NCBI GenBank assembly: GCA_018817025.1
Contig: JAHIUU010000007.1
Coordinates: 75,863-139,862, forward strand
Length of the DNA stretch: 64,000 nucleotides
Direction of reading: 5' to 3'
Source of the DNA: Candidatus Babelota bacterium
Lineage (GTDB): Bacteria; Babelota; Babeliae; Babelales; JAHIUU01
Below are positions 9,893 to 19,033 of this stretch, piece after piece. Position 1 is the stretch's first letter. The number at the start of each line of letters is the position of its first letter. The translations under genes were made by a program, and so were the position numbers. Under the pieces are notes generated by a model, which saw only the letters and a list, made by a program, of their open reading frames with translations, did no database searches and was not told the DNA's origin.

Positions 9893-10428
9893 TCTCCACT
9901 CCCCTCTTTTGCTTCTTTGAGTAACGTACCAAGAAACGGGATTCCCTTGAGCTTCTTTAAAATGGTATCTTCGGTTGCTGGGCTAGTTTTTATTCCCTTG
10001 ATTTTTGAAGGGGATTGCTTTTTCATTTTAGTAGGGGGAGGGATTTTTTTAGGGGCCTTGGGGATTTTTGGTTTTTTTATCTTAGGTTTGGTTTTCTTAT
10101 CTTCTCTCTTGATATCTGTTATTTCTTCTCGCTCAGGTTCTTCTCTTTCTGTGATATGAAATAGTTTATTGAAGATTTCTTTCCAGGTTTTCGTTTTTTT
10201 CTCCAGCTGTGACAGGTTCTCCTGCCCTTCTAGCTCTTTCAGAAGTTGCTCGGTTTGCGTTAAGACATCTTCTTCAGCATTATTTGCGTCTATACTTGTA
10301 TCGAAATTGGTAGAGAGCGTTTTTATTCTTGCATCAAGAGTGACGGGTTGTTCTTCTGAGCGCAGCATGGGAACACTCCCAATAAGCATAAAGAGCAGAG
10401 AAAGAGAGATTGTTCTTACCGAACACAT
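9889..10428 (-). CDS. Hypothetical exported protein, acidic N-half and Lys/Pro-rich C-half
   Basis: Signal-like N-terminus, GGAGA RBS, coupled to the downstream gene. Confidence 0.7.
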   Translation of the reverse strand: MCSVRTISLSLLFMLIGSVPMLRSEEQPVTLDARIKTLSTNFDTSIDANNAEEDVLTQTEQLLKELEGQENLSQLEKKTKTWKEIFNKLFHITEREEPEREEITDIKREDKKTKPKIKKPKIPKAPKKIPPPTKMKKQSPSKIKGIKTSPATEDTILKKLKGIPFLGTLLKEAKEGSGE

Positions 10429-10443
10429 ACGGTTCTCCCGTTA

Positions 10444-10821
10444 TTATCTAGAAAGGGCCTGAATTTCCCGCCGTAATTCTATGTTTTTTTTTGCGTAGCC
10501 AATTACTTGTCCCATGATAGCGAAAAGTTTCTGAGCGTTTTTTTTGCTGTCTTCTTTTTCTTTTTCAATTTTTGCTTCGATAGCTTCAATTTGTTGAATT
10601 ATTTCTGGGGAGATCTCAGCTGTAGTTGTTTTTGCGCCTGCTTGAGACCGAAGCGTTTTATTTTCTGCTTCAAGTTGCGTGATTCTGGTTTTTAGAGTGG
10701 CAATATCCGTAGGGGACTTTATTGTTCCGGCTGTTCTTCGCTGCAGGGCTGGAAGATTTGATGTTTGGGTGAGAGCGCCGAAGAAGATAAGGTAGAAAAA
10801 ATAATTTTTTGATAGCCTCAT
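10444..10821 (-). CDS. Hypothetical exported coiled-coil protein
   Basis: MRLSKNYFFYLIFFGAL signal-like segment; heptad pattern LKTRITQLEAENKTL; GGAG RBS. Confidence 0.7.
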   Translation of the reverse strand: MRLSKNYFFYLIFFGALTQTSNLPALQRRTAGTIKSPTDIATLKTRITQLEAENKTLRSQAGAKTTTAEISPEIIQQIEAIEAKIEKEKEDSKKNAQKLFAIMGQVIGYAKKNIELRREIQALSR

Positions 10822-10908
10822 AACGGGGTCTCCAGGCTTAGATAAAAATTGTATACGTCTTTATGCACCATCAATTGTGTCGGGAAAAGATTCGACGAGG
10901 CAAGAGTT

Positions 10909-11709
10909 TTAATATTTTTTACGAAAAAGCAAGCAAGCGATCGCGATAGCGAAGAGAAAGTGTACCGTGTGTAATTGTCGTAGATCAGGAACAAGCACAA
11001 GAAAGGGAGCCCGTCTCAGAATAACTTTGACAAACACAAGCCCAGCATGAACGCCCATGCCTGGGTACAGCTTTTTTGTGATAACAAAAATTTGGTTGAG
11101 AAAGAAGCCTAATAAAAATAAACCAAGACCTAGTCGCCATTCGGTGGTGACAAGCGCAAGCGGGTTTCTGAGGTTATGAACGAACATGAAAATGAGTGAC
11201 GTAATCAGCATGCTGGGAAGCGGCTTATAGAATTGTGCAATGTATGGGTAAATGGTCCCGCGAAAAATAAGCTCTTCGGTCCAGGCAAGCATGAAGACGA
11301 CAAAGAGACCGAAAATTGTCTTGCTAACTAGGGGGAGTGTAATAGATCCCCAAGACGGGTTATATATGATTGCGTCGGTTTGATAGAAAACAAAAAGAAC
11401 GAGCGCGTGTAGAGAAAAAAAACTGATAAAAAAAATAGAGAATTTCGCAACCCATTTCTCTTTAATAAAAAAGAAAAGATTCCGATCGAAAAACTGTGTA
11501 AGAAATTGTGATGACTGAGTAGTCAAAAATAAAATAATTTGATAAATCGCCATGCAAACGAACGCGACCTTGCCGATGCCTCGGCTTGCCAACAAATTAA
11601 ATGTTGGATCGAGAAGATAGGCGAGCGGTTGTAAAATAAAAAATGAGATCAAAAGAGAGAGGGCCGATAAAATTATCGGCCCCGCGCTTTGCCAATATTT
11701 TTGTTCCAT
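10909..11709 (-). CDS. CPBP family intramembrane glutamic endopeptidase (CAAX protease/Abi)
   Basis: Multi-TM; EELIFRG (EExxxR), FMFVH (FxxxH) and a third His in GVHAG; likely ATG at 11709, just after the HU stop. Confidence 0.88.
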   Translation of the reverse strand: MEQKYWQSAGPIILSALSLLISFFILQPLAYLLDPTFNLLASRGIGKVAFVCMAIYQIILFLTTQSSQFLTQFFDRNLFFFIKEKWVAKFSIFFISFFSLHALVLFVFYQTDAIIYNPSWGSITLPLVSKTIFGLFVVFMLAWTEELIFRGTIYPYIAQFYKPLPSMLITSLIFMFVHNLRNPLALVTTEWRLGLGLFLLGFFLNQIFVITKKLYPGMGVHAGLVFVKVILRRAPFLVLVPDLRQLHTVHFLFAIAIACLLFRKKY

Positions 11710-11716
11710 AAAATAT

Positions 11717-11995
11717 TTAGGCAGATCGGATTTCTTCCTTGAGGCGCTTACCTGGCTTGAATCGAGGAACATTTACTGCAGGTAGTTTGATGCGTTCTTT
11801 GGTTGCTGGATTGATACCAACTCTTTCTGGTCTTCTTGAGATCCAGTATGTTCCAAAACCTGTTAACGATACCTTATCCCCTTTTTTCAACGTTCTTTCA
11901 ACAATGCGTGTGAACGCGATTAGAACCTTTGCGATATCTTTTTTGCTGAAAGTTGTCTCTTCGCTCAACGCTTCTATAAGTTCACTCTTGTTCAT
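11717..11995 (-). CDS. hup: DNA-binding protein HU
   Basis: MNKSELIEAL...GFGT...GINPAT...PRFKPGK; 92 aa. Confidence 0.95.
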   Translation of the reverse strand: MNKSELIEALSEETTFSKKDIAKVLIAFTRIVERTLKKGDKVSLTGFGTYWISRRPERVGINPATKERIKLPAVNVPRFKPGKRLKEEIRSA

Positions 11996-12256
11996 TGGAG
12001 CCTCCTCGTAAAAATGGTTATTGTGCCTCTAAAATACTAACACTCTTCGTTCGAAATTTAGAATCAGTTTGTTGCTTTGTCAAGAAAAAAGACTAATCTG
12101 ACAGCATAATTTTTTGTTTCGGCTCTTTTTTCTATACATTATGGTTTTGACAGATTTATAATAAATCGAAAAAGTTTGTTTAGTAATAGATTCTTTAATT
12201 TTATAGTAAGAGAACAGATAGAAAATTTGTTGCTTTGTGATGAGAAAGGAGAAGCT

Positions 12257-13063
12257 ATGTTTGTTGATACCCATTGCCACCTTACAATGATGGCAGCACG
12301 AGGTGAATCGGTTGACGATGTGGTGCGTGATGCCGCTCGTGTTGGGGTAGCGAAGATTTTGACGATTGGGACGACGTTGCAGGACAGCTTGGCTTCGGTA
12401 GAGATTGCGCAACGGTATGATGGCGTTTGGGCGACGGTTGGGATGCATCCGTGTGATTGTACTCAGGGTTGGCGCAAAGATTTTCGAGAGATTGAGGCGT
12501 TGTGTTGCAATAAAAAAGAAAACAAAATTGTTGGGCTAGGGGAAACCGGATTGGATTTTTATCACCAACCGTTTTTTAAGCAGAGACAGATTGATGCGTT
12601 TGTTGCTCATATTGAGTGTGCACTTGAGCATGATCTTCCAGTGATTGTTCATATTCGGGAGTCGCTTGATGAAGTGTTGGCTGTGTTGGAAAAATATAAA
12701 AACGAATTGACCGGAGTTGCACATTGTTTTTCGCAATCACACGATATTGCGCAAACACTTGTAAGCTGGGGGTTTTATTTGGGTATTGGTGGCCCCGTGT
12801 CGTATCCAAAAAACGGTTCTTTACGAGAGCTTGTTCGAGATATATTACTAGAAAACTTTCTACTCGAAACCGATGCGCCATTTTTGCCACCACAGCAGTT
12901 TCGGGGAAAAACAAACTATCCAAAATATATTCCTATGATTGCACAGGTTATTGCTGACGTGAAAGGCGTTTCGCTTGAAAATGTTGGGGTTGTGACGAGC
13001 AGAAGTGTAGAAAAGCTATTTTCTATGCCCTCGCATAGCAAGAGCACTTTGTCATCTCTTTGA
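12257..13063 (+). CDS. tatD: TatD family deoxyribonuclease
   Basis: DTHCH, GMHP, GETGLDF, VHIR, HCFS, LETDAPFL; AGGAG RBS before ATG 12257. Confidence 0.95.
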   Translation: MFVDTHCHLTMMAARGESVDDVVRDAARVGVAKILTIGTTLQDSLASVEIAQRYDGVWATVGMHPCDCTQGWRKDFREIEALCCNKKENKIVGLGETGLDFYHQPFFKQRQIDAFVAHIECALEHDLPVIVHIRESLDEVLAVLEKYKNELTGVAHCFSQSHDIAQTLVSWGFYLGIGGPVSYPKNGSLRELVRDILLENFLLETDAPFLPPQQFRGKTNYPKYIPMIAQVIADVKGVSLENVGVVTSRSVEKLFSMPSHSKSTLSSL

Positions 13064-13537
13064 AAATACTTTTTTTGCTGTTCGCAAAAAACCGTAGTCA
13101 AGAAAGAGGTGAGAGAGAGCGCCAATTTCAAAATACAGATAGGCAAACCAGGCGGTTTTGGCGAGCAGGGGGTTGTTTTGCTGGATGATAAGCGGGATTG
13201 CTAGGGGTGCTAGGGTGACAAACCAGATGGTGTGAATAATTCCTCGGTGGTTGACCAGAAGGGGGAACACGCTGATCAAACTAAGAATCGAAAGTAGGCC
13301 CCATTGTTGGGTGTAAATTGCGGCAAGAATCATGGCTGTAAGTAGGTAGTAGAAGATCTTTTGACCAAAACTTTTGGTATCGATATCGGGAAACAGTGAG
13401 CCAAGCAAGCAGAACTCGAGTGTGAAGAGGATTTGGTTTGGTGGTGGAGTGGGTTGGTTGAGTAGCTTTGTTGTCACGAGGTGGATAGCAAGGAAGGTGA
13501 CGCCGCCGCCTGCGAGGTGCCCTTTATACGTTGGCAT
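13052..13537 (-). CDS. Membrane-bound metal-dependent hydrolase (YdjM-like)
   Basis: N-terminal H, FPDID, HRGIIHT and SHLFLD motifs with TM segments. Confidence 0.85.
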   Translation of the reverse strand: MPTYKGHLAGGGVTFLAIHLVTTKLLNQPTPPPNQILFTLEFCLLGSLFPDIDTKSFGQKIFYYLLTAMILAAIYTQQWGLLSILSLISVFPLLVNHRGIIHTIWFVTLAPLAIPLIIQQNNPLLAKTAWFAYLYFEIGALSHLFLDYGFLRTAKKVFSKR

Positions 13538-14741
13538 TTTTAACCACTTTCAATTGAGAAATTTTGGTCTCAGGATAGTAGAAAGCTAAAATCTTTTTGA
13601 GCGGCCAGCCACGCCTGACGAGTTCTCGTGCACCTCGCTGACAGAAGCCTATCTGGTGTCCAAACCCTTTTCCCTCAATGATAATAAAATTATTTTCGTG
13701 TTTTATTGAGAAGTTTTGGCTTCGTACGTCGCTGTTTAGGCTTCTCCAAAAATCGCTTCCGCAAATTTCTATCGTAGATGCAGGTGCGAACGTTAGTTCT
13801 ATGTTGTGAACAACTCCGGCTTTATCACGTTCGGTTATAGAAATGGTTTTTAGTTTTCTTGTGCTGCGAAATTTGTTTTTTAGTGGTGAGTATGCAAGAA
13901 GCTTACTAATAAATTGTTTTTCTGAGAAGGTTCGCTTCCAGTTGTAGAGAGCGTAGTTTTTGCAAAAATGACATGGTGTTGTACGGGCAAGATAGGGCGC
14001 TTTAGAAAAATCGATACCGGTCATATTTGCAGGAATACTCCCGCCGCAGCAGGCATCGAACATAGCGAGAACGACATTACCATCATGAGTTAGAATAAGA
14101 TTTTTCGTTTCATCGACTGCCCGACGTAAGTGGTGGTAGTTATGTTTACCCGTGTAGCGCTGGTGGAAGTTATTACACTTGATATTGTAAGGTTTGTTTG
14201 AAGAGCGTCTGCTTGTCGTCATTTGGTGGACGGCGTAGGTTCGAGAAACGATCGCCTGAATTTTTTGCATCTCGTGGGGCCAAGTTTGGTAGCTTTCTGC
14301 GAGCAATACAGCGTAGACGTAATCTTCAAGATTAAGCGTGTTGATGAGTAAGAGCTTTTCAGTTTTAGGGCAAAATTTAAGCGAGAGGGTTCCATGGTAT
14401 GGTTTTTTGTTGATCAAGATCGTTTTTGAGTTCTTATGGGTTGCTATTGGTTTGATCTCAATTTCTTGATAGTTTATCTTTTTAAGAGGGCCCTTTTTTC
14501 CTCGCCCATATAGAACGTTATTTTTGAGTAAAATTTGTAATTTATTTGAGCGTAATAAAAACTGTTTGGTTTTAGGTGTTTTTAGCAAAAACTCTTTTTC
14601 TGATTGGATGTTAAAGATTTGTTTTTTTGTCGGGTCGAACTCACCAAGAAGGACTTTTATATTTGGAGATGCCTGTAATGCTTGGTTTAGAAGTATGAGC
14701 GACAAAAAGAGTTTTGCTGCGATTTTATAAGTCAACTGCAT
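13524..14741 (-). CDS. SpoIID/LytB-domain peptidoglycan lytic transglycosylase-like protein
   Basis: Signal peptide; INTLNLEDYVYAVLLAE, QAIVSRTYA, APYL, GKGFGHQIGFCQ, ILAFYYP. Confidence 0.92.
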   Translation of the reverse strand: MQLTYKIAAKLFLSLILLNQALQASPNIKVLLGEFDPTKKQIFNIQSEKEFLLKTPKTKQFLLRSNKLQILLKNNVLYGRGKKGPLKKINYQEIEIKPIATHKNSKTILINKKPYHGTLSLKFCPKTEKLLLINTLNLEDYVYAVLLAESYQTWPHEMQKIQAIVSRTYAVHQMTTSRRSSNKPYNIKCNNFHQRYTGKHNYHHLRRAVDETKNLILTHDGNVVLAMFDACCGGSIPANMTGIDFSKAPYLARTTPCHFCKNYALYNWKRTFSEKQFISKLLAYSPLKNKFRSTRKLKTISITERDKAGVVHNIELTFAPASTIEICGSDFWRSLNSDVRSQNFSIKHENNFIIIEGKGFGHQIGFCQRGARELVRRGWPLKKILAFYYPETKISQLKVVKNANV

Positions 14742-15207
14742 GGTCTGCTAGTAAGGTTACAAAGTCTAGGGGGAGTGCATTTTTTTTGTCTATGCCCTGA
14801 TTAGCGAGCGCGTCGGCGATTACGTTGTTTTCACGGAACACATGTTTGAACGTATATGATTGATTTTGTAGAAGTAAGTCAATCAGGTTTTTGATTTTTG
14901 CAAGCGCCTGATTTTTTACGCGATATACTCCGGTCATTTGTTTGACCATAAGTTCTGAGTCGGAGCTTATAATAAGATGTGGCTTTTTGATGTTTTTTTG
15001 TGATAGTTGTTTGTTTGCGATAAAAAAAGCGAGAAGTAGCGCGAGATATTCGGCCTGATTGTTTGTTTTGTTCCCGAGATAGAAACCAGCTTTACAGATA
15101 ATCTCATCTTTGTAGGTGATATAGACGCCAGCTCCCGCTGGCCCAGGGTTGTTGCGTGCGGCACCGTCGACAAAAATTGAGATGGTGTTCGTGTGAGTGT
15201 TTTCCAT
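14725..15207 (-). CDS. rnhA: Ribonuclease HI (archaeal-like RNase HI family)
   Basis: VDGAARNNPGPAGAG, TNNQAEY, SDSELM, RENNVIADALAN. Confidence 0.93.
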   Translation of the reverse strand: MENTHTNTISIFVDGAARNNPGPAGAGVYITYKDEIICKAGFYLGNKTNNQAEYLALLLAFFIANKQLSQKNIKKPHLIISSDSELMVKQMTGVYRVKNQALAKIKNLIDLLLQNQSYTFKHVFRENNVIADALANQGIDKKNALPLDFVTLLADHAVDL

Positions 15208-15939
15208 CTAGAATGAAGCTTCCTTTAAATCTTTTTCTTCTTCTTGGTCATGATACAAAAGCCTATAACAGCTTCGGCAGGGCAAGATGGCGTTTCTTTT
15301 TAAACGGGTCATGTCTTGTGATGGAACTGAGTAGTAGCATGAGCTGCAGCTGTCGTTGATTGCGGGAACGATAGGGTCGGAAACCTTATCTTTCATTCGT
15401 TCGTATTTTGAAAGCCATTCGGGTGGAATTTTTGAAGAGAACTCCTCTTTTTGTTGTTCAAGTGTTTGGTATTCCTGTTTAAGGCTATTTATAGATTTTT
15501 CTTTCTCTTCGGCGTCGGTTTGGAGAGCCTCAATTTTTTTTGAGAGACCGCTTAGTTCGGTTTCTTCTTTTTTTCGAGCGAGATCGAGGGTGTGCCAGGC
15601 TTTAACGATAGTGTCGTCTAGTTCTGAGATTTGTCGTAGTATTGAGCTCAACTCTTTTTCTAGGGCTTCGTACTGCTTTTGGTTTTTAATGGTATCGAGC
15701 GCCTTTTTTTTGCTTGTCTCTTGTGCTTTCAGATTGTTAGCATTGAGCTCTTGTCGGTCGACATTTTTTTTTGCATCGATAACCGCTTGCTTGATTTCAT
15801 TAATTGTTGCTTGCAGTTCTGGGATCATAAGATTGTCTTCTGCTGCTTCTTGTTCGATTTGCGCGATTTGAGATAGGATTGTTTTTTGTTTTTGATCAAG
15901 AGCAACAAGTTGCTTTAGGTTTTGCCAGAGAGGCGTCAT
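15208..15939 (-). CDS. Coiled-coil protein with C-terminal C4 zinc ribbon (DUF164/CT398-like)
   Basis: Long coiled coil then CSSC...CRSCYRLL; ATG 15939 with AAGGAG RBS (the track's longer start overlaps the tRNA). Confidence 0.88.
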   Translation of the reverse strand: MTPLWQNLKQLVALDQKQKTILSQIAQIEQEAAEDNLMIPELQATINEIKQAVIDAKKNVDRQELNANNLKAQETSKKKALDTIKNQKQYEALEKELSSILRQISELDDTIVKAWHTLDLARKKEETELSGLSKKIEALQTDAEEKEKSINSLKQEYQTLEQQKEEFSSKIPPEWLSKYERMKDKVSDPIVPAINDSCSSCYYSVPSQDMTRLKRNAILPCRSCYRLLYHDQEEEKDLKEASF

Positions 15940-15969
15940 TGTCTGCTCCTTAGGAGTAAAAAGATGTCC

Positions 15970-16045
15970 TGGTGGGCCCACCAGGATTTGAACCTGGGAC
16001 CTTTCGGTTATGAGCCGACTGCTCTAACCGCTGAGCTATGGGCCC
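15970..16045 (-). tRNA. tRNA with CAU anticodon, most likely tRNA-Ile2 (lysidine-modified)
   Basis: GGGCCCATAGCTCAGCGGTTAGAGCAGTCGGCTCATAACCGAAAGGTCCCAGGTTCAAATCCTGGTGGGCCCACCA, 76 nt with encoded CCA. Paired 1:72 excludes the initiator; Ile2 versus elongator Met is inferred from resemblance. Confidence 0.93.
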
Positions 16046-16094
16046 GCCGCGGAATTCTGTTGATTTCAACAAGAAAAGTGTAAAGAATCTTTTC

Positions 16095-17108
16095 TTAGAT
16101 GTGAAGCAAAAAATCTTTCAGGCGCATGCTGTAACCGAATTCGTTATCATACCAGCCTGAGATTTTTCCCATGGTCCCACAGGCGTTGGTGAGTGGGCTA
16201 TCGATAATACATGAATACGGTGAACCAATAAAGTCAGAGGAGACCAGAGGTTCTTTTGTTACCTGTAGTATATCTTTGAGGTCGTTTTGAGCGGCATGCT
16301 CGAAAGCTTGATTGATGGAGCTTGCTGAGAGTTGCTCATCTGTTGTAAATGTGAAGTCGACGAGTGAGACGACAGCAACCGGGACACGTAGCGCTGACCC
16401 GAGCAGCCTGCCTTCGAGGTCAGGATAAATTTTTGTGATTACTTTGCTGGCGCCGGTGTTTGTCGGAATGATGTTTATGGCAGCAGCCCGGCCGCGACGT
16501 GGGTCTTCATGTTCAGAGTCTAGAAGCGCTTGATTGTTGGTGTAGGCGTGAACGGTTGTCATAAACCCCTGCTGTAGGGTGAAGTTTGACTTAAGTACTT
16601 TGACCATGGGGGCGAAGCAGTTTGTGGTGCAGCTGCCGAGAGAGATAATAGCGTGCTTGTTGGCGTCGTATTGGTTGTCGTTAACTCCCGGGATAATTGT
16701 GATGTCTTCATTTTGTGCGGGTGCTGTGACGAGAACTTTTTTTGCGCCTGACTTCAGATGGGCGGCTGCTTTTTCTCGTGTTGTGAATAAACCACTTGCT
16801 TCGACAACAAAGTCGATATTGAGTTTGCCCCATGGTAGTTTTGTTGGGTCAGGTTCGGTTACTATTTCGATGGTGTGACTCGAGTGACTGTTGATTGTTA
16901 GTTTTTTGTTTTCATAAGAGACCGAGCCCTTAAATTTGCCAAGTGTCGAATCGTAACAAAAGAAGTTAGCCAGACTTTCTGGATTTGATGGTCCGATATT
17001 TATTGCGACGACAGAAAGTTTATTTTGTGTATTCGGGTCCTGCATGATTGTTCTCAGAAACGCTTTGCCGATTCTCCCAAACCCGTTAATAGCGATTTTT
17101 TTTGACAT
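16095..17108 (-). CDS. gap: Glyceraldehyde-3-phosphate dehydrogenase type I
   Basis: AINGFGRIG, SCTTNC, TTVHAYT, LRVP, WYDNEFGYS. Confidence 0.97.
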   Translation of the reverse strand: MSKKIAINGFGRIGKAFLRTIMQDPNTQNKLSVVAINIGPSNPESLANFFCYDSTLGKFKGSVSYENKKLTINSHSSHTIEIVTEPDPTKLPWGKLNIDFVVEASGLFTTREKAAAHLKSGAKKVLVTAPAQNEDITIIPGVNDNQYDANKHAIISLGSCTTNCFAPMVKVLKSNFTLQQGFMTTVHAYTNNQALLDSEHEDPRRGRAAAINIIPTNTGASKVITKIYPDLEGRLLGSALRVPVAVVSLVDFTFTTDEQLSASSINQAFEHAAQNDLKDILQVTKEPLVSSDFIGSPYSCIIDSPLTNACGTMGKISGWYDNEFGYSMRLKDFLLHI

Positions 17109-18459
17109 TCTTTTTACCCTCACTGATTTTTGTTTTTACAATCGAAAGAATAGCGACTCCCAAAACGATAAATTGATAATGAACGTATGGGATGATCGAT
17201 ATACTTGTGGTTCCAGCCATCGCGGCGGCTAGGAGCAATTGTGACGAGTAAGGGATTATGCCATGGATGGCGCAGGAAAAAAGGTCTAGAAGTGTTGCGA
17301 TACGAGCACTTTTTAGTTTGAAGCGACCTCCAATTTGTCTTGCCATAGGACCGGCGATTAAGATGGCGATGGTGTTTCTTGCGACGGCGATATCGAGCAG
17401 AGAGACGAGCATGGCTATCGAGCATTCAGCGCTGGTTTTAGTTTTTGTTCTCGCATGGAATTTTCGCAAAAGATATTTAATCCCCCCATTGTGTTCAACG
17501 ATTCTGGAGAGGCCGGCGATGAACATAACGAGTAATAACATAGCAACAACGCCTTTGTGTTGATAAAAGCCCTCAAAGAAGAAAGTTATAGCCAGCAGAA
17601 TGGAAAACTTTGCATAGAGAATTCCAAGGATTGCTCCGGCGATTGCGCCGATTGCAAGAACGATTAAAACATCGATCCCTAGTATTGCGAGAAGGAATAC
17701 CGCAGCATAGGGAATGGTTTTTATGACGTCAGAAATGTTCCATGAGGTGACCACTTGTTCTGTCACTGGTGAGGGGAGATTGTAATTTATGATAGAGAGA
17801 ACGATTAGTGTGAGAACGAACGCAGGAAAAACCAGCATGGCATTGCTTTTAAATTTTTTGTATGGGCTGCAGCCGGTTGTATGAACGACCGCGATTGTTG
17901 TATCTGATATTACTGAAAGGTTGTCTCCAAGCATCGAACCGCTGACTGCGATTCCCGCCATTAGCGCGGGACTAACGCCAAGTTTTGGTGCAAGACCAAC
18001 GGCAACCGGGGCGAATGTTGCAATGCCCCCGATTGATGATCCTATGGTGAGAGAAAAAAGAGAGATAGCAATAAAGATTCCAGGCAACATCCATTGCTGG
18101 GGTATGAGGACGTAACAAAGTTTGATTGCGGAATCAACGCCGCCACAGAGTGATATGATGTGAGAGAATATTGAGCTGAAGATGAATATGAAGCACATGT
18201 ACATGACAGTTGGCTGTGCGACTCCAGAGATGAAAACTTTGATTTTTTTTGATATGGAGATTCGCTCTTGAAAGGTGAAAAGTGAGAAGCCTACTGCTAG
18301 TATTCCAGCAAAGGTAGGAAAGGCAGTTAGCTTGAGGTCGTTGCTGGCTTCTGGAAAGAGAGCTATTAAGAGCACGTATGTTCCGATGAACACAAAAAAC
18401 GGCACGAGAGCAAAGAAGCTTGGCTGGCCGGTATGTGGAAAATGCTTTTGTTTGAACAT
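17086..18459 (-). CDS. Na+/H+ antiporter NhaC-family transporter (possible amino-acid carrier)
   Basis: Many TMs; GSSIGGIA, GSMLGDNLSVISDTTIA, IIPYSSQLL; likely ATG at 18459. Confidence 0.88.
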   Translation of the reverse strand: MFKQKHFPHTGQPSFFALVPFFVFIGTYVLLIALFPEASNDLKLTAFPTFAGILAVGFSLFTFQERISISKKIKVFISGVAQPTVMYMCFIFIFSSIFSHIISLCGGVDSAIKLCYVLIPQQWMLPGIFIAISLFSLTIGSSIGGIATFAPVAVGLAPKLGVSPALMAGIAVSGSMLGDNLSVISDTTIAVVHTTGCSPYKKFKSNAMLVFPAFVLTLIVLSIINYNLPSPVTEQVVTSWNISDVIKTIPYAAVFLLAILGIDVLIVLAIGAIAGAILGILYAKFSILLAITFFFEGFYQHKGVVAMLLLVMFIAGLSRIVEHNGGIKYLLRKFHARTKTKTSAECSIAMLVSLLDIAVARNTIAILIAGPMARQIGGRFKLKSARIATLLDLFSCAIHGIIPYSSQLLLAAAMAGTTSISIIPYVHYQFIVLGVAILSIVKTKISEGKKNVKKNRY

Positions 18460-18612
18460 AAGCGCCTTTTGTCTTGATAAAGATTTATTCTCTAATTGCG
18501 ATTGCGACCCCTGTCCTGATATTATTGCTTTCATAGATACTACGCTATTAAAGTGTACCGTGATTATAATTAATGGCAAGCTGAGCGCTTTTTGAGACCC
18601 TATGAGGGAAAT

Positions 18613-19023
18613 ATGAAGCAAGGTTTTGAGGTTTTGTCTCATACTGCAGATTTGAAGATTCGTGTCTACGGTAAGAATTTGCAAATGCTATTTTGCAATA
18701 CGGTGAAGGGGATGTTCGAGAGTATTGGACCTCTAGGAAAGGGGGAGGTGGTTGTCGAGCGCTCGTTCGATATTTTTTCACACGATTTACCGTCACTTCT
18801 GGTTGATTTTCTTTCAGAAGCGCTTTACTTATCAGATGTTAATGGTGAGGCGTATTTCGATGTAAGCATTGATGAGATAACCAATACGCGTGTTCGGGGT
18901 GTTTTTCGGGGTGTTTCGATTAATAATTTTGAGATGGGCGAGATAAAAGCTGTTACGCATCATGGTCTTAGGATAGAAGAGCGTGATGGAGCATGGGTTG
19001 CAGAAATTTTATTCGATTTATAA
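18613..19023 (+). CDS. Archease
   Basis: N-terminal HTADL, FLSEALY, EIKAVTHH and C-terminal LFDL; directly upstream of rtcB. Confidence 0.93.
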   Translation: MKQGFEVLSHTADLKIRVYGKNLQMLFCNTVKGMFESIGPLGKGEVVVERSFDIFSHDLPSLLVDFLSEALYLSDVNGEAYFDVSIDEITNTRVRGVFRGVSINNFEMGEIKAVTHHGLRIEERDGAWVAEILFDL

Positions 19024-19033
19024 AGGGGTGTGT

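Noticed and set aside
10909-11709. CPBP protease as the processing enzyme for the CaaX protein at 23811
   Set aside because: Bacterial CPBP proteins are widespread without prenylation, the genes are unlinked, and a host would supply its own processing.
15970-16045. tRNA as an island integration site
   Set aside because: No integrase and no duplicated tRNA 3' end seen; both flanks are housekeeping-type genes.
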